Shown: positions 1 to 10,900 of the stretch, one piece after another
Numbering within the stretch: position 1 is the first letter of the stretch
Layout of the letters: every line of letters begins with the position of its first letter
DNA from: Utricularia gibba
Lineage: Eukaryota > Plantae > Magnoliophyta
Length of the DNA: 34,741 bases
Assembly (NCBI GenBank): GCA_002189035.1
Contig: NEEC01000212.1
Span: 1 to 34,741, forward strand
Reading direction: 5' to 3'
Notes under the pieces: generated by a model
What the model saw: only the letters and a program-made list of their open reading frames with translations
Database searches by the model: none
Told to the model about the DNA's origin: nothing
Made by a program: the position numbers and the translations under genes

Positions 1-3000
1 TTTCATTGCGCATCACCATTCGGGTGCAGCCTAAAAATCACACGTGCACTGGATTCGTTAAAATAAACATTTTGCGTACCTGGAGTATAATAGTGTTGGG
101 ATAAGTGATGCCACGAAATTCATTGTAACATGTGACTTTTTTCCATCTTGATCGCATATCCGATGAAGTTTGACACCATATGTTTGGCTGTTGATTGATG
201 CAATTAGTTGCATGATACTTCTGATTCTTGATGCACCATTCCATACACCATGTCTCTAGTGGCTATTGATTCTTTTGCCGTGTATCTTTTGCATCAATTT
301 CGAGAACGAGAAGCACATTATTAAACGCAGCCACCAAGGAAGGACACGTAAGACACTTTTCGTTGTGGTTTGTTTTTAATATGTCCACAGTTATCGGACA
401 AACGTAACTCCAATTATACTACTTGGAGCACGAAAGGGCTTCCCAATGGTGTGCTGAAGAGTTAGGCTCTGCATGTTTTGGAAGAGGTGCTTCGTGGACC
501 AGGATGTGCGACATAGTCATTTCATTGCGCATCACCATTCGGGTGCAGCCTAAAAATCACACGTGCACTGGATTTGTTAAAAATAAATATTTGCATATCC
601 TGAGTATACAACAGTGTTGGGATAAGTGATGCCACGAAATTCATGATGTAACATGTGACTTTTTTCCATCTTGATCGCATATCCGATGAAGTTTGACACC
701 ATATGTTTTGGCTGTTGATTGATTCAATTAGTTGCCATGATACTTCTGATTCTTGATGCACCATTCCCATACACCATGTCTCTAGTGGCTATTTGATTCT
801 TTTGCCGTGTATCTTTTTGCATCAATTTCGAGAACGAGAAGCACAATTAAACGCAGCCACCAAGGAAGGACACGTAAGACACTTTTCGTTGTGGTTTGTT
901 TTTAATATGTCCACAGTTATCGGACAAACGAAACTCCAAATTATACTACTTGGAGCACGAATCGGGCTTCCCAATGGTGTGCTATGAAGAGTTAGCATCT
1001 GCATGTTTTGGAAGAGGTGCTTCGTGGACCAGGATGTGCGACATAGTCATTTCATTGCGCATCACCATTCGGGGTGCAGCCTAAAAATCACACGTGCACT
1101 GGATTTGTTAAAAGTAAACATTTTTGCGTACCTGAGTATAGTGTTGGGATAAGTGATGCCACGAAATTCATGATGTAACATGTGACTTTTTTCCATCTTG
1201 ATCGCATATCCGATGAAGTTTGACACCATATGTTTTGGCAGTTGATTGATGCAATTAGTTGCATGATACTTCTGATTCTTGATGCACCATTCCCTTACAC
1301 CATGTCTCTAGTGGCTATTTGATTCTTTTGCCGTGTATCTTGTTTGCATCAATTTCGAGAACGAGAAGCACATTATTAAACGCAGCCACCAAGGAAGGAC
1401 ACGTAAGACACTTTTCGTTGTGGTTTGTTTTTAATATGTCCACAGTTATGGGACAAACGTAACTCCAATTATACTACTTGGAGCACGAATAGGGCTCCCA
1501 ATGGTGTGCTATGAAGAGTTAGCATCTGCATGTTTTGGAAGAGGTGCTTCGTGGACCAGGATGTGCGACATAGTCATTTCATTGCGCATCACCATTCGGG
1601 TGCAGCCGAAAAATCACACGTGCACTGGATTCGTTAAAAGTAAACATTTTTTGCGTACCTGGAGTATAATAGTGTTGGGATAAGTGATGCCACGAAATTC
1701 ATGATGTAACATGTGACTTTTTTCCATCTTGATCGCATATCCGATGAAGTTTGACACCATATGTTTTGGCTGTTGATTGATCAATTAGTTGCCATGATAC
1801 TTCTGATTCTTGATGCACCATTCCCATACACCATGTCTCTAGTGGCTATTTGATTCTTTTGCCGTGTATCTTGTTTGCATCAATTTCGAGAACGAGAAGC
1901 ACAATATTAAACGCAGCCACCAAGGAAGGACACGTAAGACACTTTTCGTTGTGGTTTGTTTTTAATATGTCCACAGTTATCGGACAAACGAAACTCCAAA
2001 TTATACTACTTGGAGCTCGAATCGGGCTCCCAATGGTGTGCTATGAAGAGTTAGCATCTGCATGTTTTGGAAGAGGTGCTTCGTGGACCAGGATGTGCGA
2101 CATAGTCATTTCATTGCGCATCACCATTCGGGGGTGCAGCCTAAAAATCACACGTGCACTGGATTCGTTAAAAATAAATATTTACGCATACCTGAGTATA
2201 AACAGTGTTGGGATAAGTGATGCCACGAAATTCATGATGTAACATGTGACTTTTTTCCATCTTGATCGCATATCCGATGAAGTTTGACACCATATGTTTT
2301 GGCAGTTGATTGATGCAATTAGTTGCATGATACTTCTGATTCTTGATGCACCATTCCCATACACCATGTCTCTAGTGGCTATTTGATTCTTTTGCCGTGT
2401 ATCTTGTTTGCATCAATTTCGAGAACGAGAAGCACATTATTAAACGCAGCCACCAAGGAAGGACACGTAAGACACTTTTCGTTTTGTTTTTAATATGTCC
2501 ACAGTTATGGACAAACGTAACTCCAATTATACTACTTGGAGCACGAATAGGGCTTCCCAATGGTGTGCTATGAAGAGTTAGCATCTGCATGTTTTGGAAG
2601 AGGTGCTTCGTGGACCAGGATGTGCGACATAGTCATTTCATTGCGCATCACCATTCGGGTGCAGCCGAAAAATCACACGTGCACTGGATTCGTTAAAATA
2701 AACATTTTGCGTACCTGGAGTATAATAGTGTTGGGATAAGTGATGCCACGAAATTCATGATGTAACATGTGACTTTTTTCCATCTTGATCGCATATCCGA
2801 TGAAGTTTGACACCATATGTTTTGGCTGTTGATTGATTCAATTAGTTGCCATGATACTTCTGATTCTTGATGCACCATTCCCATACACCATGTCTCTAGT
2901 GGCTATTTGATTCTTTTGCCGTGTATCTTGTTTGCATCAATTTCGAGAACGAGAAGCACAATATTAAACGCCACCAAGGAAGGACACGTAAGACACTTTT

Positions 3001-5300
3001 CGTTTGTTTTTAATATGTCCACAGTTATCGGACAAACGAAACTCCAAATTATACTACTTGGAGCGAATCGGGCTTCCCAATGGTGTGCTATGAAGAGTTA
3101 GCATCTGCATGTTTTGGAAGAGGTGCTTCGTGGACCAGGATGTGCGACATAGTCATTTCATTGCGCATCACCATTCGGGGTGCAGCCTAAAAATCACACG
3201 TGCACTGGATTTGTTAAAAATAAATATTTTTGCATATCCTGAGTATAACAGTGTTGGGATAAGTGATGCCACGAAATTCATGATGTAACATGTGACTTTT
3301 TTCCATCTTGATCGCATATCCGATGAAGTTTGACACCATATGTTTTGGCTGTTGATTGATGCAATTAGTTGCTATGATACTTCTGATTCTTGATGCACCA
3401 TTCCCTTACACCATGTCTCTAGTGGCTATTTGATTCTTTTGCCGTGTATCTTGTTTGCATCAATTTCGAGAACGAGAAGCACATTATTAAACGCAGCCAC
3501 CAAGGAAGGACACGTAAGACACTTTTCGTTGTGGTTTGTTTTTAATATGTCCACAGTTATCGGACAAACGTAACTCCAATTATACTACTTGGAGCACGAA
3601 TAGGGCTTCCCAATGGTGTGCTATGAAGAGTTAGCATCTGCATGTTTTGGAAGAGGTGCTTCGTGGACCAGGATGTGCGACATAGTCATTTCATTGCGCA
3701 TCACCATTCGGGGTGCAGCCGAAAAATCACACGTGCACTGGATTCGTTAAAAGTAAACATTTTTGCGTACCTGGAGTATAATAGTGTTGGGATAAGTGAT
3801 GCCACGAAATTCATGATGTAACATGTGACTTTTTTCCATCTTGATCGCATATCCGATGAAGTTTGACACCATATGTTTTGGCTGTTGATTGATTCAATTA
3901 GTTGCCATGATACTTCTGATTCTTGATGCACCATTCCCATACACCATGTCTCTAGTGGCTATTTGATTCTTTTGCCGTGTATCTTGTTTGCATCAATTTC
4001 GAGAACGAGAAGCACAATATTAAACGCAGCCACCAAGGAAGGACACGTAAGACACTTTTCGTTGTGGTTTGTTTTTAATATGTCCACAGTTATCGGACAA
4101 ACGAAACTCCAAATATACTACTTGGAGCTCGAATCGGGCTTCCCAATGGTGTGCTATGAAGAGTTAGGATCTGCATGTTTTGGAAGAGGTGCTTCGTGGA
4201 CCAGGATGTGCGACATAGTCATTTCATTGCGCATCACCATTCGGGGTGCAGCCTAAAAATCACACGTGCACTGGATTCGTTAAAAGTAAATTTTTGCGTA
4301 CCTGGAGTATAATAGTGTTGGGATAAGTGATGCCACGAAATTCATGATGTAACATGTGACTTTTTTCCATCTTGATCGCATATCCGATGAAGTTTGACAC
4401 CATATGTTTTGGCTGTTGATTGATGCAATTAGTTGCTATGATACTTCTGATTCTTGATGCACCATTCCCTTACACCATGTCTCTAGTGGCTATTTGATTC
4501 TTTTGCCGTGTATCTTGTTTGCATCAATTTCGAGAACGAGAAGCACATTATTAAACGCAGCCACCAAGGAAGGACACGTAAGACACTTTTCGTTGTGGTT
4601 TGTTTTTAATATGTCCACAGTTATCGGACAAACGTAACTCCAATTATACTACTTGGAGCACGAATCGGGCTTCCCAATGGTGTGCTATGAAGAGTTAGCA
4701 TCTGCATGTTTTGGAAGAGGTGCTTCGTGGACCAGGATGTGCGACATAGTCATTTCATTGCGCATCACCATTCGGGGTGCAGCCGAAAAATCACACGTGC
4801 ACTGGATTCGTTAAAAGTAAACATTTTGCGTACCTGAGTATAATAGTGTTGGGATAAGTGATGCCACGAAATTCATGATGTAACATGTGACTTTTTTCCA
4901 TCTTGATCGCATATCCGATGAAGTTTGACACCATATGTTTTGGCTGTTGATTGATTCAATTAGTTGCCATGATACTTCTGATTCTTGATGCACCATTCCC
5001 ATACACCATGTCTCTAGTGGCTATTTGATTCTTTTGCCGTGTATCTTGTTTGCATCAATTTCGAGAACGAGAAGCACATTATTAAACGCAGCCACCAAGG
5101 AAGGACACGTAAGACACTTTTCGTTGTGGTTTGTTTTAATATGTCCACAGTTATCGGACAAACGAAACTCCAAATTATACTACTTGGAGCTCGAATCGGG
5201 CTTCCCAATGGTGTGCTATGAAGAGTTAGGCTCTGCATGTTTTGGAAGAGGTGCTTCGTGGACCAGGATGTGCGACATAGTCATTTCATTGCGCATCACC
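1..5300. repeat. Dimeric higher-order repeat domain (~1.06 kb A/B unit), left subfamily
   Basis: ACGAAACTCC occurs only in copies 2, 4, 6, 8 and 10 (~928, 1988, 3036, 4101, 5162), and ACGTAACTCC in the odd copies. Odd copies carry TGATGCAA. Even copies carry TGAT(T)CAA + TTGCCATG and mostly CACAAT. Confidence 0.8.
3642..3984 (-). pseudogene. Degenerate Myb/SANT-like domain fragment resembling PIF/Harbinger (Pong ORF1-type) DNA-binding protein; present in every monomer, this copy given as example
   Basis: Minus-strand translation with frameshifts reads RYTAKE..(fs)PLETW..HQESEVSWQLI..QTSSDMRSRWKKVTCYIMNFVASL..YS(R/G)..ARVIFRLH..(fs)W-x6-PK. Order and spacing match the family pattern as I recall it: (W/Y)T-x2-(E/D)..L..W, Q-x-S-x3-W-x2-I, RW-x-K-I-x3-V-x2-F, SG, A-x2-IF, W-x6-(P/Q)KW. 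Recognised by eye, no database search. Confidence 0.55.
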
Positions 5301-5701
5301 ATTCGGGTGCAGCCTAAAAATCACACGTGCACTGGATTTGTTAAAAATAAATATTTACGCATATCCTGAGTATACAACAGTGTTGGGATAAGTGATGCCA
5401 CGAAATTCATGATGTAACATGTGACTTTTTTCCATCTTGATCGCATATCCGATGAAGTTTGACACCATATGTTTTGGCTGTTGATTGATTCAATTAGTTG
5501 CCATGATACTTCTGATTCTTGATGCACCATTCCCATACACCATGTCTCTAGTGGCTATTTGATTCTTTTGCCGTGTATCTTGTTTGCATCAATTTCGAGA
5601 ACGAGAAGCACATATTAAACGCAGCCACCAAGGAAGGACACGTAAGACACTTTTCGTTGTGGTTTGTTTTTAATATGTCCACAGTTATCGGACAAACGTA
5701 A

Positions 5702-5723
5702 CTCCAAATTATACTACTTGGAG
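5702..5723. other. Short inverted repeat CTCCAA-N10-TTGGAG (one per monomer) flanking a hypervariable loop; example copy
   Basis: CTCCAA ATTATACTAC TTGGAG is read directly. The CTCCA/TGGAG arms are kept in nearly all copies while the loop varies in length and sequence. Confidence 0.6.
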
Positions 5724-7959
5724 CACGAATAGGGCTTCCCAATGGTGTGCTATGAAGAGTTAGCATCTGCATGTTTTGGAAGAGGTGCTTCGTGGACCAG
5801 GATGTGCGACATAGTCATTTCATTGCGCATCACCATTCGGGTGCAGCCTAAAAATCACACGTGCACTGGATTTGTTAAAAATAAATATTTACGCATATCC
5901 TGAGTATACAACAGTGTTGGGATAAGTGATGCCACGAAATTCATGATGTAACATGTGACTTTTTTCCATCTTGATCGCATATCCGATGAAGTTTGACACC
6001 ATATGTTTTGGCTGTTGATTGATTCAATTAGTTGCCATGATACTTCTGATTCTTGATGCACCATTCCCATACACCATGTCTCTAGTGGCTATTTGATTCT
6101 TTTGCCGTGTATCTTGTTTGCATCAATTTCGAGAACGAGAAGCACATTATTAAACGCAGCCACCAAGGAAGGACACGTAAGACACTTTTCGTTGTGGTTT
6201 GTTTTTAATATGTCCACAGTTATCGGACAAACGTAACTCCAATTATACTACTTGGAGCACGAATAGGGCTTCCCAATGGTGTGCTATGAAGAGTTAGGCA
6301 TCTGCATGTTTTGGAAGAGGTGCTTCGTGGACCAGGATGTGCGACATAGTCATTTCATTGCGCATCACCATTCGGGGTGCAGCCTAAAAATCACACGTGC
6401 ACTGGATTTGTTAAAAATAAATATTTACGCATATCCTGAGTATACAACAGTGTTGGGATAAGTGATGCCACGAAATTCATGATGTAACATGTGACTTTTT
6501 TCCATCTTGATCGCATATCCGATGAAGTTTGACACCATATGTTTTGGCTGTTGATTGATTCAATTAGTTGCCATGATACTTCTGATTCTTGATGCACCAT
6601 TCCCTTACACCATGTCTCTAGTGGCTATTTGATTCTTTTGCCGTGTATGCATCAATTTCGAGAACGAGAAGCACATTATTAAACGCAGCCACCAAGGAAG
6701 GACACGTAAGACACTTTTCGTTGTGGTTTGTTTTTAATATGTCCACAGTTATCGGACAAACGTAACTCCAAATTATACTACTTGGAGCACGAATAGGGCT
6801 TCCCAATGGTGTGCTATGAAGAGTTAGCATCTGCATGTTTTGGAAGAGGTGCTTCGTGGACCAGGATGTGCGACATAGTCATTTCATTGCGCATCACCAT
6901 TCGGGGTGCAGCCTAAAAATCACACGTGCACTGGATTTGTTAAAATAAACATTTTTGCATATCCTGAGTATAACAGTGTTGGGATAAGTGATGCCACGAA
7001 ATTCATGATGTAACATGTGACTTTTTTCCATCTTGATCGCATATCCGATGAAGTTTGACACCATATGTTTTGGCTGTTGATTGATGCAATTAGTTGCATG
7101 ATACTTCTGATTCTTGATGCACCATTCCCATACACCATGTCTCTAGTGGCTATTTGATTCTTTTGCCGTGTATCTTGTTTGCATCAATTTCGAGAACGAG
7201 AAGCACATTATTAAACGCAGCCACCAAGGAAGGACACGTAAGACACTTTTCGTTGTGGTTTGTTTTTAATATGTCCACAGTTATCGGACAAACGTAACTC
7301 CAATTATACTACTTGGAGCACGAATAGGGCTTCCCAATGGTGTGCTATGAAGAGTTAGCATCTGCATGTTTTGGAAGAGGTGCTTCGTGGACCAGGATGT
7401 GCGACATAGTCATTTCATTGCGCATCACCATTCGGGGTGCAGCCGAAAAATCACACGTGCACTGGATTCGTTAAAAGTAAACATTTTTGCGTACCTGGAG
7501 TATAATAGTGTTGGGATAAGTGATGCCACGAAATTCATGATGTAACATGTGACTTTTTTCCATCTTGATCGCATATCCGATGAAGTTTGACACCATATGT
7601 TTTGGCTGTTGATTGATTCAATTAGTTGCCATGATACTTCTGATTCTTGATGCACCATTCCCTTACACCATGTCTCTAGTGGCTATTTGATTCTTTTGCC
7701 GTGTATCTTGTTTGCATCAATTTCGAGAACGAGAAGCACATATTAAACGCAGCCACCAAGGAAGGACACGTAAGACACTTTTCGTTGTGGTTTGTTTTTA
7801 ATATGTCCACAGTTATCGGACAAACGTAACTCCAAATTATACTACTTGGAGCACGAATAGGGCTTCCCAATGGTGTGCTATGAAGAGTTAGCATCTGCAT
7901 GTTTTGGAAGAGGTGCTTCGTGGACCAGGATGTGCGACATAGTCATTTCATTGCGCATC

Positions 7960-10900
7960 ACCATTCGGGGTGCAGCCTAAAAATCACACGTGCACTGGAT
8001 TTGTTAAAAATAAATATTTTACGCATATCCTGAGTATAACAGTGTTGGGATAAGTGATGCCACGAAATTCATGATGTAACATGTGACTTTTTTCCATCTT
8101 GATCGCATATCCGATGAAGTTTGACACCATATGTTTTGGCTGTTGATTGATTCAATTAGTTGCCATGATACTTCTGATTCTTGATGCACCATTCCCATAC
8201 ACCATGTCTCTAGTGGCTATTTGATTCTTTTGCCGTGTATCTTGTTTGCATCAATTTCGAGAACGAGAAGCACATATTAAACGCAGCCACCAAGGAAGGA
8301 CACGTAAGACACTTTTCGTTGTGGTTTGTTTTTAATATGTCCACAGTTATCGGACAAACGTAACTCCAAATTATACTACTTGGAGCACGAATAGGGCTTC
8401 CCAATGGTGTGCTATGAAGAGTTAGGCATCTGCATGTTTTGGAAGAGGTGCTTCGTGGACCAGGATGTGCGACATAGTCATTTCATTGCGCATCACCATT
8501 CGGGGTGCAGCCTAAAAATCACACGTGCACCGGATTTGTTAAAAATAAATATTTACGCATACCTGAGTATACAACAGTGTTGGGATAAGTGATGCCACGA
8601 AATTCATGATGTAACATGTGACTTTTTTCCATCTTGATCGCATATCCGATGAAGTTTGACACCATATGTTTTGGCTGTTGATTGATGCAATTAGTTGCTA
8701 TGATACTTCTGATTCTTGATGCACCATTCCCTTACACCATGTCTCTAGTGGCTATTTGATTCTTTTGCCGTGTATCTTGTTTGCATCAATTTCGAGAACG
8801 AGAAGCACATTATTAAACGCAGCCACCAAGGAAGGACACGTAAGACACTTTTCGTTGTGGTTTGTTTTTAATATGTCCACAGTTATCGGACAAACGTAAC
8901 TCCAATATATACTACTTGGAGCACGAATAGGGCTTCCCAATGGTGTGCTATGAAGAGTTAGGCATCTGCATGTTTTGGAAGAGGTGCTTCGTGGACCAGG
9001 ATGTGCGACATAGTCATTTCATTGCGCATCACCATTCGGGTGCAGCCTAAAAATCACACGTGCACTGGATTTGTTAAAAATAAATATTTACGCATATCCT
9101 GAGTATACAACAGTGTTGGGATAAGTGATGCCACGAAATTCATGATGTAACATGTGACTTTTTTCCATCTTGATCGCATATCCGATGAAGTTTGACACCA
9201 TATGTTTTGGCTGTTGATTGATTCAATTAGTTGCCATGATACTTCTGATTCTTGATGCACCATTCCCATACACCATGTCTCTAGTGGCTATTTGATTCTT
9301 TTGCCGTGTATCTTGTTTGCATCAATTTCGAGAACGAGAAGCACATTATTAAACGCAGCCACCAAGGAAGGACACGTAAGACACTTTTCGTTGTGGTTTG
9401 TTTTTAATATGTCCACAGTTATGGACAAACGTAACTCCAAATTATACTACTTGGAGCACGAATAGGGCTTCCCAATGGTGTGCTATGAAGAGTTAGCATC
9501 TGCATGTTTTGGAAGAGGTGCTTCGTGGACCAGGATGTGCGACATAGTCATTTCATTGCGCATCACCATTCGGGGTGCAGCCTAAAAATCACACGTGCAC
9601 TGGATTTGTTAAAAATAAATATTTACGCATATCCTGAGTATACAACAGTGTTGGGATAAGTGATGCCACGAAATTCATGATGTAACATGTGACTTTTTTC
9701 CATCTTGATCGCATATCCGATGAAGTTTGACACCATATGTTTTGGCTGTTGATTGATGCAATTAGTTGCTATGATACTTCTGATTCTTGATGCACCATTC
9801 CCTTACACCATGTCTCTAGTGGCTATTTGATTCTTTTGCCGTGTATCTTTTGCATCAATTTCGAGAACGAGAAGCACATTATTAAACGCAGCCACCAAGG
9901 AAGGACACGTAAGACACTTTTCGTTGTGGTTTGTTTTTAATATGTCCACAGTTATCGGACAAACGTAACTCCAATTATACTACTTGGAGCACGAATAGGG
10001 CTTCCCAATGGTGTGCTATGAAGAGTTAGCATCTGCATGTTTTGGAAGAGGTGCTTCGTGGACCAGGATGTGCGACATAGTCATTTCATTGCGCATCACC
10101 ATTCGGGGTGCAGCCTAAAAATCACACGTGCACTGGATTTGTTAAAAGTAAACATTTTTGCGTACCTGAGTATAATAGTGTTGGGATAAGTGATGCCACG
10201 AAATTCATGATGTAACATGTGACTTTTTTCCATCTTGATCGCATATCCGATGAAGTTTGACACCATATGTTTTGGCTGTTGATTGATTCAATTAGTTGCC
10301 ATGATACTTCTGATTCTTGATGCACCATTCCCATACACCATGTCTCTAGTGGCTATTTGATTCTTTTGCCGTGTATCTTGTTTGCATCAATTTCGAGAAC
10401 GAGAAGCACATATTAAACGCAGCCACCAAGGAAGGACACGTAAGACACTTTTCGTTGTGGTTTGTTTTTAATATGTCCACAGTTATCGGACAAACGTAAC
10501 TCCAAATTATACTACTTGGAGCACGAATCGGGCTTCCCAATGGTGTGCTATGAAGAGTTAGCATCTGCATGTTTTGGAAGAGGTGCTTCGTGGACCAGGA
10601 TGTGCGACATAGTCATTTCATTGCGCATCACCATTCGGGGTGCAGCCTAAAAATCACACGTGCACTGGATTGTTAAAAATAAATATTTACGCATATCCTG
10701 AGTATACAACAGTGTTGGGATAAGTGATGCCACGAAATTCATGATGTAACATGTGACTTTTTTCCATCTTGATCGCATATCCGATGAAGTTTGACACCAT
10801 ATGTTTTGGCTGTTGATTGATCAATTAGTTGCTATGATACTTCTGATTCTTGATGCACCATTCCCTTACACCATGTCTCTAGTGGCTATTTGATTCTTTT

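Noticed and set aside
5653-5669. CENP-B box-like TTCGTTG
   Set aside because: Only the 5' part matches; the required A..CGGG half is absent (the sequence continues TGGTTTG).
5548-5772. BED zinc-finger-like look of APSSIIWSYVCP...KCLTC
   Set aside because: It has a W-x-Y and a C-x2-C, but the downstream His ligands are missing and the frame is unstable among copies.
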